From: Octopus sinensis
Lineage: Eukaryota
DNA length: 39,422 nucleotides
Assembly (NCBI RefSeq): GCF_006345805.1
Contig: NW_021831664.1
Location: 1 to 39,422, forward strand
Direction: 5' to 3'
Numbering within the stretch: position 1 is the first letter of the stretch; each line of letters starts with the position of its first letter. Below, in pieces: positions 11,078-23,333 of this stretch. A program made the translations under genes and the position numbers. Below the pieces are notes generated by a model that saw only the letters and a list, made by a program, of their open reading frames with translations, was not told where the DNA came from and did no database searches.

Positions 11078-11265
11078 CCGGAGTAAACACATAAATGTGA
11101 AACAAGGTGAAAAAGAGTACTCAATACAAGTGGGTAGAGTAATTGCTTTATTTAAAGCACCAGAAAATTCAACAACAAAACCTGTTACTCTGAGTTTCAC
11201 GTTCCCGTTCGTCGGACAGTTTTTGAGTAACAGGTTTTGTTGATTTTCTGCTGCTTTAAATAAAG
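11076..11265. mobile_element. PLE-type fold-back fragment of the CCGGAGTAAACAC family
   Basis: Inverted arms 11146-11190 and 11225-11265, with a hammerhead spanning the left arm end and the loop. Confidence 0.7.
11182..11219 (-). ncRNA. Minimal type I hammerhead, U4C variant
   Basis: Minus strand: cugu CCGACGA acg-ggaa-cgu GAA ACUC-A-GAGU A acag. All three stems pair; GUA cleavage triplet. Confidence 0.75.
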
Positions 11266-11269
11266 TATA

Positions 11270-11356
<87 letters not shown>

Positions 11357-11495
11357 TGTGTGTGTGTGTGTGTAATGTATGTACAAACATAGTCTTTATT
11401 TTTTTTTCACTTATCGGTCAGTAGGCTGACAGTCATACTGGAACACTGCCTTGAAGTTTTTAGTCAAATCGACCCTAGGACTTATCTGTTTGGCC

Positions 11496-11925
11496 TGTTA
11501 CTTATTCTATCAGTCTCTTTTGTCAAACCACTAAGTTACAAGGACATAACACACCCAACACCAGTTAAGTGGGGATGGTTTAATACAACATCTTTTTTAA
11601 GGTTTGTTACTTATTCTATCATATCTCTTTTGTCAACCACTGAGTTACAAAGGACATAAACACAACCAACCAGTTAAGTGGGGACGGTCTAATACAAACA
11701 TCTTTTAAGGCTTGTTACTTATTCTATCAGTATCTTTCGTCAAACCACTAAGTGACAAGGACATAAACACACCAACACCAGTTAAGTGGGGACGGTCTAA
11801 TACAAACATCTTAAGGCTTGTTACTTATTCTATCAGTCTCTTTTGTCAAACCACTAAGTTACAAGAACATAAACACACCAACACCTTGTAAGTGGGGATG
11901 GACTAACAAACACACACACACACAT
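11496..11925 (-). repeat. Four tandem units of about 107 bp derived from the SINE family 1 body
   Basis: Units start at 11496, 11605, 11713 and 11819 (TGTTACTTATTCTATC). Confidence 0.85.
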
Positions 11926-12034
11926 GCATGTATGCATTTATAAAACCCTTCTCTGCTCCCTCATCACTTCTCTCATACTTTAACCCTTCATACCTCTAAC
12001 ATGAAGTGGACCCCACCCTCCCTTGGGTTCATAG

Positions 12035-12133
12035 TGTTGTGAGCTTCATAGAAATCTGTTTGATGAGGTTCACTTGCTAACCAGGTTTCTTTTAACGATG
12101 TGTAGAACAAGAGATCCGTTGCTTGGAGAACAG
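12035..12133 (+). CDS. Candidate exon (phase 0 to 0): CCELHRNLFDEVHLLTRFLLTMCRTRDPLLGEQ. An alternative acceptor at 12083-12084 would give a phase-2 start.
   Basis: Strong donor CAG|GTAAGG (12134), AG at 12033-12034 after a pyrimidine-rich tract, 99-nt open frame in unique sequence. The acceptor is uncertain. Confidence 0.5.
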
Positions 12134-12628
12134 GTAAGGTTTTTGACAGGAAAATCATGGGGCTGTCAAACAGCTCAAAAGGCAAGACTGGAATATATCT
12201 TTTGTTTCCTTCTCTTCTTGTGTTATATATGTCAAACTTACCTTATGCATACATACACCATCTGTCAGGTGAAAATATATTTTTATGTTCAAATATATAT
12301 ATATGTTATAAATAGAATAAAACTATTTGCCCTTAAGAAAATTAAGCTTGTTTTATTTAAACCAAATATATTTTATATATAAAAAAAGCCATTTATTTCT
12401 TTGTCATCTCTCTTATGGATTTCATTTGCTACAGCTGTTTCGTACTCATAGTTGAATGCCTGAATAACTTATATATACACTGATATATATTCATTAAAAT
12501 TATAATACAAAGGTCTGTAAGGTGAAAATATTTTTTGTATTCAAATATTATATATGTGTATAAATAGAATAAAACTATTTGCCCTTAAGAAAATTAAGCT
12601 TGTTTTATTTAAATTAAATATATTTTTA

Positions 12629-12662
12629 TACTAGCTTAAGGTGACCCGCTCTACGCTCGGGT
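12629..12662 (-). mobile_element. Helitron-like 3' terminus
   Basis: Minus strand: CCCG...CGGG hairpin, 10 nt, then CTAG followed by T. Confidence 0.45.
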
Positions 12663-12924
12663 GAGGGTATGGGTTGTTATTTTCTGTTGCTTCCTTGCTC
12701 TCTTCAAAGCATGAAGAAATAAATTTTTTTACAAAATGACGAGAGAAATGCAGAATAAGAAAAAGACAGAGGCGGTGCTCCAGATGGCCACAGTCAAATG
12801 ACTGAAACAGGGAAAGAGTACAAGAGAGAGAAACAAGAGAAGAAAGACAGAAAACAAATTCTATAGAAGTTCAAAGACAAATAGTGGATGAGAGACAGAT
12901 GCTGATGTTTTCATACCATGTGTT

Positions 12925-13848
12925 ACTCTTCTACTCTTTCACTTGTTTCAGTCATTTGACTGCGGCCATGCTGGAGCACCGCCTTTAATCGAGCAACTCG
13001 AACCACGGGACATATTCTTTTGTAAGCCCAGTACTTATTCTATCGGTCTCTTTTGCCGAACCGCTAACTAACGGGGACATAAACCACCAGCATCGGTTGT
13101 CAAGCAATGCTAGGGGGACAAACACAGACACACAAACACACACAACACATACTATCTATATATATATATTATATATATATATATATATATACGACGGGCT
13201 TCTTTCAGTTTCCGTCTACCAAATCCACTTACAAGGCTTTGGTCGGCCCGAGGCTATAGTAGAAGACACTTGCCCAAGGTGCCACGCAGTGGGACTGAAC
13301 ATGGAACCATGTGGTTGGTAAACAAGCTACTTACCACACAGCCACTCCTACGTCTACGTATCTGTAAAACTAGTTTAAAACCACTCACAAGGCTTTGGTC
13401 TGCCCGGGGCTATAGTCGAAGACACTTGCCCAAGGTGCCACGCAGTGGGACTGAACCCGGAACCATGTGTTTGGTAAACAAGCTACCTACCACTCAGCCA
13501 CTCCTATATATATATATACGTCAGGCTTCTTTCAGTTTCCGTCTACCAAATCCACTCACAAGGCTTTGGTCGGCCCGAGGCTATAGTAGAAGACACTTGC
13601 AAAGATGCCACGCAGTGGGACTGAACCCGGAACCATGTGGTTGGTAAACAAGCTACTTACCACTCAGCCACTCCTATATACATATATACGTCAGGCTTCT
13701 TTCAGTTTCCGTCTACCAAATCCACTCACAAGGCTTTGGTCGGCTCGAGGCTATAGTAGAATACACTTGCCCAAGGTGCCACGCAGTGGGACTGAACCCG
13801 GAACTATGTGGTTGGTAAGCAAGCTACTTACCACTCAGCCACTCCTAC
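12925..13848 (-). mobile_element. SINE family 1 with the head-side segment reiterated four times
   Basis: The segment CAAGGCTTTGGTC...CAGCCACTCCT recurs near 13230, 13390, 13560 and 13730. Confidence 0.9.
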
Positions 13849-14184
13849 GTATACGTATCTGTAAAACTAGTTTAAAACCTCGCATGGCTATAAAATAATA
13901 TAAAATAGTAATTAATAAAATGGGTCCACAGGACATTAAACGAATCCAAATCGTTTTTATTTACTTCATTTCATTTTATTCGTTTGCCACTGGTCTTCGG
14001 CCTTACAGAGTTTTAGTAGAACAAATCAACAACAAAACTTCTGCCCGTTCCCCCACCCCAAACCAGCCTTTTTAAATAATTTTTTTTTTTTTTTACACAA
14101 CCCCCTCCTCCTTGTCGGCTACGGGGAATACGAATCTGCCACAAAAAAAATTGGCAAAAATCGACATTTCCTGCGGATTTTTAT

Positions 14185-14940
14185 TGGTACTTAATTTATC
14201 GACCCCGAAAGGATTGAAAGGCAAAGTCGACCTCGGCGGAATTTGAACTCAGAACGTAACAGGGGCAGACGAAATACCTATTTCTTTGTGGTGCACCTGA
14301 GCACTTGTGGTGCACCTGAGCACTGTATACAATAATTTCATTATTATATTATTTTACTACCCACAAGGGGCTAAACACAGAGGAGACAAACAAGGACAGA
14401 CAAAGGGATTAAGTCGATTATATCGACCCCAGTGCGTAACTGGTACTTATTTAATCGACCCCAAAGGATGAAAGGCCAGTCGACCTCGGCGGAATTTGAA
14501 CTCAGAACGTAACGACAGACGAAATACCATATTTCTTTATTACCCCAAGGAGCTAAACATAGAGGGGACAAACAAGGACCATAGGTATTAAGTCGATATA
14601 TCGACCCCAGTTCGTAACTGGTACTTAATTTATCGACCCCGAAAGGATGAAAGGCAAAGTCGACCTCGGCGGAATTTGAACTCAGAACGTAATGGCAGAC
14701 GAAATACCTATTTCTTTACTACCCACAAGGGGCTAAACACAGGGGACAAACAAGGACAGACATAGGTATTAAGTCGATTACATCGACCCCGGTGCGTAAC
14801 TGGTACTTAATTTATCGACCCCGAAAGGATGAAAGGCAAAGTCGACCTCGGCGGAATTTGAACTCAGAACGTAACAGCGGCAGACGAAATACCGCTAAGC
14901 ATTTCGCCCGACGTGCTAACGTTTCTGCCAGCTCGCCGCC
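14185..14940 (-). mobile_element. SINE family 3 tandem multimer (one headed copy plus headless units of about 180 bp)
   Basis: Head GGCGGCGAGCTGGCAG ends at 14940. Body motif GGTCGACTTTGCCTTTCATCCTTTCGGGGTCG. A CR1 tail fragment lies at 14286-14348. Confidence 0.85.
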
Positions 14941-15653
14941 TTTACCAATACTTATACCGAAGTTACGCCGAAAAACACAAAACACTAGCCCGAAGTTCCA
15001 CGCTGTGGGATTGAACCCGGGACCATGTAGCTAGGAAACAAACGTCTTCCAACACAGCCTGAGATATGTGTGTACCGTTAAACACACTCGCCCGCGCGCG
15101 CACCCACAAGTCTATACAAATGTATATGTACACACATATATATATTTGTAATGCATGTATATAGGTGCATATGAATGCGTAAGTGTTTATCAGACCAGCA
15201 GTTAAGTGTAGCACTCCTTTCAGTTGCGTAAACTAGGTCATTGCTGTACTAACATTACTAAGTACAGCTACAGTCTGCCATCACAGTATAGGTAAGTCTA
15301 TAAGTCTAAGCATGTAACATTTATATAAACACCACACACACACACACACACATGTGTAGAGAGTTTTTGAAATGTGTGTGGCGTAATGGTCTAATTGAAC
15401 ATTCTGAATATTTTTAATTTTTATCCATTTCACTTCCTGTAACTCTTAACCAAAATTTCATTCAACAAGATGGTAACTTCTGTCGAGATCCTTGGGCCAA
15501 ACTTGAAGAAGAAAAAAAAAAGCTCTTTTGATTAACCCTCCTCCAATGAAAGAAAACCCGACAGATTGAAACGGCACACCCGTATATTCGATGTGTATTG
15601 TTTTAGACGTAGGTACCCCCTAGGAAAATGGGTTTGGGTGGTTGCTACTGGAC

Positions 15654-16151
15654 GAGGTCGACTTTGCCTTTCATCCTTTCGGGGTCGATAAATTAAGTAC
15701 CAGTTACGCACTGGGGTCGACGGAATCGTCTTAATACCTATGTCTGTCCTTGTTTGTCCCATCTATGTTTAGCCCCTTGTGGGTAATAAAGAAATAGGTA
15801 TTTCATCTGCCGCTATGTTCTGAGTTCAAATTCCGCTAAGGTCGACTTTGCCTTTCATCCTTTCAGGGTCGATTAAATAAGTACCAGTTACACACTGGGG
15901 TCGATATAATCGACTTAATCCATTTGTTCTCTCTGTGTTTAGCCCCTTGTGGGTAATAAAGAAATAGGTATTTCATCTTCTGCTACATTCTGAGTTCAAA
16001 TTCTGCCGAGGTCGACTTTGCCTTTCATCCTTTCGGGGGTCGATAAATTAAGTACCAGTTACGCACTGGGGTCGATGCAATCGACTTAATACCTATGTCT
16101 GTCCTTGTTTGTCCCATCTATGTTTAGCCCCTTGTGGGTAATAAAGAAATA
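15654..16151 (+). mobile_element. SINE family 3 headless trimer
   Basis: Junctions GAAATAGGTATTTC at 15791-15804 and 15961-15974. Confidence 0.85.
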
Positions 16152-16393
16152 GCTACTGGAATATTCTTTATCGTACGTAGCCAAAGTGTGGTCGATCGTG
16201 TTTAAGCAGGAAGTAAACAAATAATTATATTTAGCTTGGCCTGTCGGGCCGAGAAGCATTAATAATATATCGAGAACACACTCTATGATACATAGACGTG
16301 AAATCGTCATTACATTATATTTTTGCCGTCTTGAAGAAAACCGTAGCTAAATCTTCCTCAATCACATCCTATTGTCTTTTCTTTTCTTTTTTT

Positions 16394-16820
16394 GGCAATC
16401 TTTCGTTTCTAGTAGACCTTTCCGTCGATTTCCGTAAAAACATTTTTTTTCTTTTATATATGGGCTTGCGGGAACTTTTGAAGTAATGAGAGCGAAAGAG
16501 ACTAAGAGAAAGCGATTGTATGACGAGGGAAGTTCTTTTGAAGTTACCGTCCAGGGGAAGCATTGATGTACATGTGTGTGTGTGTGTGTGTGTTTGATGG
16601 GGTGTGGGAGACAGACAGTATGTTGTGTAAGTGAAGTGCTTCTGTTAGTGTGTGTGAAGAGACAGAGTAATGTGTGAAAGAGAGAGATAACTGAAATTTT
16701 TTACTCGGTGTATGTGTATATGTATGTATATTACTTCAAAAGTTCCCGCAAGCCCATATGTAAAAAAAAAGATTTTTTACGGAAATCGACGGAAAGGTCT
16801 ACTAGGGACGAAAGATCGCC
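16394..16820. repeat. Inverted repeat with arms of about 92 bp (16394-16487 and 16730-16820) around a spacer of about 240 bp
   Basis: CTTTCCGTCGATTTCCGTAAAAA...GGGCTTGCGGGAACTTTTGAAGTAAT and its reverse complement. Confidence 0.85.
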
Positions 16821-16953
16821 TTTTTTTTTAATATATACATACATATATACACACATGTATTATATTAGCAACCCTCTTCGGGAATCGGGCCGCATTAGGC
16901 GTGATTCATCGTCAAATAGGCAAAAATACTAAAAAAAATTAATTTTTCAGAGG

Positions 16954-17194
16954 GGGTAAAAATTTTTCATTCAGGAAATCTCGCGGGGCCACACGTGGGC
17001 CGCAGCCTATGACAGTTGTAATTAGATATAGACGGGTGAAAAGTTTTCATTCAGGAGTTCTCGCGGGGCCACACGTGGGCCGCAACCTATGACAGTTGTA
17101 GTTAGATATAGACGGGTGAAAAGTTTTCATTCAGGAATTCTCGCGGGGCCATACGTGGGCCGAAACCTATGACAGTTGTAATTAGATATAGACG
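16954..17194. repeat. Three tandem 80-bp units with a GC-rich hairpin
   Basis: Periodicity 16961/17041/17121. Each unit has GCGGGGCCACACGTGGGCCGC and ends TTAGATATAGACG. Confidence 0.9.
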
Positions 17195-17524
17195 ATACTA
17201 TTCCAAACTGGAATAGTTTTGAAAAGCTTCAGCGTAGAAGTCTGGGACCGATCTTTGCTAATAATGGAAAGAGACTAGCACAGTTCTTACAATAAGGAAT
17301 AATAATAAAAATCAACAGGTTATATAATCAGAGGCGATAAAAAATTCGGTGGCAACTTGGTTGTAAAAACCTGATAAGCCCAGGAGAGATAAGTGACATA
17401 TAGGTCAAGTAAATAAAACTTGCGTTAAAGCTAAATAGTAAAATACGAAATTTGGTGGTCGGAAAACGAAATTCTCTGGTCGGAAAACGAAACCTGTTGC
17501 TACGAGAAATTGGACGCACACATT

Positions 17525-17814
17525 GATAACATATTATATTATATATATTATATATTATATATTATATATTATGTGTATGTATATGTATATGTATGTATGT
17601 ATATGTATGTATGTATATGTTATATTGTATGTATATATATTATGATGTATGTATGTATGTATATTATATATAGATGTATGTATGTATGTATATATGTATG
17701 TAGGTATGTATGTATATATATATATATATGTATGTATGTAGGTATATATATATATATGTATGTATGTATGTATATATATATATGTATGTATGTATTATGT
17801 ATATATATATATGT

Positions 17815-17845
<31 letters not shown>

Positions 17846-18519
17846 ATATATATGTAGTGTATATATATATATGTATGTATATATATATATATGTATGTAT
17901 GTATATATATATATATGTATGTATGTATGTATGTGTATATATATATATATATGTATATATATATGTATGTAGATATATATGTATATATATATGTAGTAGT
18001 ATATATGTATATATATATGTATGTATATATGTATGTAGATATATATGTATGTAGATATATATGTATGTATATATATGTAGTATATATATGTATGTATATA
18101 TAATGTAGATTAATGTATGTATATTATATATGTATGTATATCTATATGTATGTATATATATGTATGTAATATATATATATTGTATATATATATGTATGTA
18201 TATATATAGTAGTATATATATGTATGTATTATATATGTTGTAGTATATATATGTATGTATATATATATGTATGTATGTAAATACATATATGTATGTAAAT
18301 ACATATATGTAGTATATATATATGTAGGTATATATATGTATGTATATATATGTATATATATATATGTATTATATTATGTATAATATATATGTATATATAT
18401 ATATGTATGTATATATATGTATATATATATATGTATATATATATATGTATATATATATATGTATGTATATATATGTATATATTATATATGTATGTATATG
18501 TATGTATATATATATGTTG

Positions 18520-18550
<31 letters not shown>

Positions 18551-18585
18551 GTTATATATTGTATATATATATGTATGTATATATG

Positions 18586-18625
<40 letters not shown>

Positions 18626-18745
18626 TATGTATGTATGTATATATATATATGTATGTATATATATATATATGTATGTATATGTATGTATGTATATGTATGT
18701 ATGTATATGTATGTATGTATATATATGTATGTATATATTATTATG

Positions 18746-18777
<32 letters not shown>

Positions 18778-19064
18778 TATGTATATATATGTATGTATGT
18801 ATATGTATGTATGTATATATATATATGTATGTATGTATGTATATATATATAGATGTTTGTATGTAATATATATTGTATGTATGTATGTATATGTTTGTAT
18901 GTATAGTATATATATGTATGTATGTATGTATATATATGTATGTATGTATATATATATATGTATATATATCTATGTATGTATATATATATATGTATGTATG
19001 TATGTATGTATAATATGTATATATGTATGTATATGTGTATGTATATTGTATGTATATATGTATG

Positions 19065-19097
<33 letters not shown>

Positions 19098-19115
19098 GTA
19101 TGTATATATGTATGT

Positions 19116-19153
<38 letters not shown>

Positions 19154-19618
19154 TGTATGTATATATATATATATGTATGTGATGTATGTATATATATGTA
19201 GTATATATGTATGTATATATATATATATGTATGTATTGTATGTATATATATATAATATATGTATGTATGTATATATATGTATGTAGATATATATATATGT
19301 ATGTATGTATATATATATATGTATGTATATAATGTACGTATGTATATATAATATTATGTATGTATGTATATATATGTATGTATGTATGTGTATATATATA
19401 TATGTATGTATATATAGTACGTATGTATATATATTATATATATGTATGTATGTATATATATGTATGTATGTATGTATGTATATAATATGTATGTATGTAT
19501 ATATATGTATGTATGTATATATATGTATGTATTGTATATATATGTATGTATGTATATATATATATGTATGTATGTATATATATGTATGTATGTATATATA
19601 TTATGTAATATATATATG

Positions 19619-19663
<45 letters not shown>

Positions 19664-19972
19664 TATATATATGTATGTATATTAATCAATATAGGGTGGC
19701 AAGGAAAATTTTGTAGAATTTTATTGCCACCAGCGGCCCAGCGGGAAAAAATTAAATAGTCATAGACCATTTTTAAGTTCAACATTAACAATATATATGT
19801 ATATATATATATATGTATGTATATATATGTATTATTATATATTTATTATGGCCGTTCCTTAATTGTATATGTATGTATATATATGTATGTATGTATATAT
19901 ATGTATGTATGTATATATATATATGCTATGTATATATATATATTGTATGTATATATGTATATATATGTATGT

Positions 19973-20012
<40 letters not shown>

Positions 20013-20441
20013 TGATGTATGTATATGTATGTATGTATAATGATGTATGTATATGTATGTATGTATATGTATGTATGTATATATATGTATGTCTATGTAG
20101 ATGTAGTATGTATATGTATGTATGTATATATATGTATGTATCTTATATATGTATGTATGTATATATATATATGTATGTATATATATATATATGTATGGAT
20201 ATAATATATATGTATGTATATATATATATGTATGTATATATATATAGTATGTATATATTATATGTATGTATATATATATATGTATGTATATATATATGTA
20301 TGTTATATATATGTATGTATGTATATATATGTATTGTTATATATGTATGTATATAATTTATGTATATATATATATATATGTATGTATATCTATATAGTAT
20401 GTATGTATATATATGTATGTATGTATATATATATATGTATG

Positions 20442-20472
<31 letters not shown>

Positions 20473-20498
20473 AATATATAATAATATATATATGTATG

Positions 20499-20535
<37 letters not shown>

Positions 20536-20674
20536 CTGTATGTATATATATGTATGTATGTATATATATATGTATATATATATATGTATATATATATATA
20601 TGTATGTATATATTATATGTATGATTATATATGTAGTATGTATATATATATATGTAGTATATATATGTATGATG

Positions 20675-20722
<48 letters not shown>

Positions 20723-21091
20723 GTATATATATGTATGTATGTATATATATGTATGTATGTATTATATATGTATGTATTATATATATATATTGTATGTATA
20801 TATATTATTTATGTATATATATATATGTATGTATATATATATATGTGTGTATATATATATATATGTGTATATATATATATATGTGTGTATATATATATAT
20901 GTATGTATATATATATATGTGTGTATATATATATATATGTGTATATATATATATATGTGTGTATATATATATATGTGGTATATATATATGTGTGTAATAT
21001 ATATGTGTGTATATATATATATGTATATATATAGGATATATACATATGTATGTATATATATATATGTATGTATATATATATATGTATGTAT

Positions 21092-21125
<34 letters not shown>

Positions 21126-21685
21126 TATATGTATATATATATATGTATGTATATATATATATGTATATATATATGTATATATATGTATATATATATGTAT
21201 ATATATGTATATATATATAGGTATATATATATGTATGTATATAATGTATATTATATATATGTATATATATATGTATATATATGTATATATATATATGTAT
21301 ATATATATGTATATATATATATGTATGTATATATATATATGTATGTATATATATATATGTATGTATATATAATATGTATGTATATATATATTGTATGTTA
21401 TATATATATGTATGTTATATTATATATGTATGTATATATATATATGTATGTATGTATGTATATGTATGTATGTATGATATGTATGTATGTATGTATATAT
21501 ATTATGTATGTATAATAGATATGTATGTCTATATATATATGTATGTATATATATATAGTATGTATGTTATATATATGTATGTATGTATATATGTATATGT
21601 ATGTATGTATGTATGTATGTGTATGTATGTATATATATATATGTATATATATATGTATGTATATATTATATATATATATATTATT
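17525..21685. repeat. Compound (TA)n/(TATG)n microsatellite of about 4.2 kb with a unique island at 19686-19792
   Basis: Direct inspection. This tract produces the long Y/I/C/M/V pseudo-ORFs. Confidence 0.97.
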
Positions 21686-21823
21686 AGTGAATTGAAGAAA
21701 GAAATGGAGTTTGAACGAAGATTGAACAGGAAATCGTTTTTATTGCATTCTACACGTGTTTCGAAAGCCACAATTTACCAATTCCGATTGAATAAGGAGA
21801 CCATATTGTGTCTTTCTCTTCAG

Positions 21824-21942
21824 GAAGAAATAGGAATTCCGTTGGCAAAAACAGAAACAGAACAGAGGCACAGCAAAACAAATCGAGCGAGGTTGTACCT
21901 CCAACCGTGCTGTCTTCTGCTGTGATTTTTGCTACACCCAAG
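21824..21942 (+). CDS. Candidate exon (phase 1 to 0): GRNRNSVGKNRNRTEAQQNKSSEVVPPTVLSSAVIFATPK
   Basis: Acceptor TCTTTCTCTTCAG (AG 21822-21823), donor AAG|GTATCG (21943), open frame, unique island between microsatellites. Confidence 0.6.
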
Positions 21943-22019
21943 GTATCGGTTAAACTTTTGATTAATCTGCAACAAGATTATTCATCTTTATTTCACAAAT
22001 ATGTATGTATATATATATA

Positions 22020-22063
<44 letters not shown>

Positions 22064-22198
22064 ATATGTATGTATGTATATATATATATATATAATATAT
22101 ATATATATTATATATATAACAATTGCAGCGTGAAAGGTGTTGTAAGCCATTTAAGAAAACACAAAACCCGTTCGATTCACTTCCACATTTAAGTTTAA

Positions 22199-22247
22199 TT
22201 GTCAAAATATTTTCGTCGCTTTAAGACCGCGACCTGTTCACTGACAA
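22199..22247 (-). ncRNA. Minimal type I hammerhead with a G3:C8 covariant core
   Basis: Minus strand: uuguca GUGAACA G gucgc-ggucuuaaa-gcgac GAA AAUAUU U ugacaa. Confidence 0.7.
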
Positions 22248-22264
22248 GAGATGCAGCACGGATT

Positions 22265-22314
22265 TTTGTCAGTGAGAAGGTCGCGGATTTTAGCGACGAA
22301 AATATTTTGACAAA
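22265..22314 (+). ncRNA. Inverted sister hammerhead with a broken 3:8 pair (GUGAGAA)
   Basis: uuuguca GUGAGAA G gucgc-ggauuuua-gcgac GAA AAUAUU U ugacaaa. Confidence 0.6.
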
Positions 22315-22772
22315 TTAAACTTAAATGTTGTTGAAGTGAATCGAACGGCTTTTGTGTTTCTTAAATGGCTTATAAACACCTTCCACGCTGCAATTGTTTT
22401 CCTTTCAGCACACGATCTCAGATCAGATCACTTGCTATGCAAGTACATCTCCCTATATATATATATATATATATAATTATATGATACGTAATTTGTCTGT
22501 CTATCTATCTATTTATCTATCTAAAATATAGCTTCTGTTGAAATAGGTACTTAAATTGAGGTACATCGCTAGATCAGAATAATCTATCAAACTTCGTACA
22601 CAAGTAGCAGCCGGCGGGACGGTATTTTTTGATCTGCTGTAGGCAATGTGTGTCTTTTTGTGGGGTCCGGAGACAGCAAACGGAAGGTGGCCGCCCTGGG
22701 CGGCACACACTCTAGCTACACTAGTGCTGGCCGGATGATATTCCTGCAGTATCTGTAGACAAACGCAGCTTT

Positions 22773-23333
22773 TGGATCTTTTCGGTTTGAACGGCAGTTT
22801 TCTCTAGCGGTTTCATATGAAATTCTCACCCATAATTATGACCCTAGAATCGATCTATTGCATTTCAATCGGTTTTAGGGTTAGGGGTGGGGGGAAGGGT
22901 ATCTTTTTTTCTTCAGAAATGTAAATAAACCCAATCTGTTTCTTAAACGAGGGACATATTCATACGGCACAGAATGTTTTTTTTTACCTCAATAGACGTC
23001 ATTGATTTGTTGAAATTGCAGAAATTGAAGAAAAAAAACAAAAATATCTTACAAACTATAGAATTTTCTCAATAAAGCCAAGAGAAAAAGATGTTTTATA
23101 AACACATTCTACCAGTATATGAAGTTTAAAAGTATTTAGTTACCTAGAAATTATGTTAAAAACTGCCGTTCAAACTGAAAAGATCCCAAATATATTACAA
23201 ACTATAGAATTTTCTCAATGAAGCCAAGAGAAAAAGATGTTTTATAAACACATTCTACCAGTATACGAAGTTTAAAAGTGTTTAGTTACCTGGAAATTAT
23301 GTTAAAAACTGCCGTTCAAACCGAAAAGATCCC
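22773..23333. mobile_element. MITE with 28-bp TIRs and a tandemly duplicated right end
   Basis: Left GGATCTTTTCGGTTTGAACGGCAGTTTT. Right AAAACTGCCGTTCAAAC(T/C)GAAAAGATCCC ends at both 23187 and 23333 (146-bp duplication). Confidence 0.8.

Larger units (their letters stand above)
22118..22398. mobile_element. PLE-type fold-back element: arms of about 130 bp, spacer of about 18 bp, one hammerhead per arm
   Basis: Arms 22118-22247 and 22266-22398 are near-perfect reverse complements. Confidence 0.8.

Noticed and set aside
12424-12452. Hammerhead-like CUAUGA-guac-GAAACAGCUGUA on the minus strand, between two direct repeats of about 100 bp
   Set aside because: G5 is missing and there is no stem I 5' partner. 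Counted only as a probable relic.
17510-21925. Long ORFs (up to 283 aa) rich in Y, I, C, M and V; similar ones at 4752-5236, 6300-6642, 7139-7372 and 37399-38116
   Set aside because: They are translations of (TA)n/(TATG)n tracts, which rarely contain stops in some frames. No protein-like complexity.
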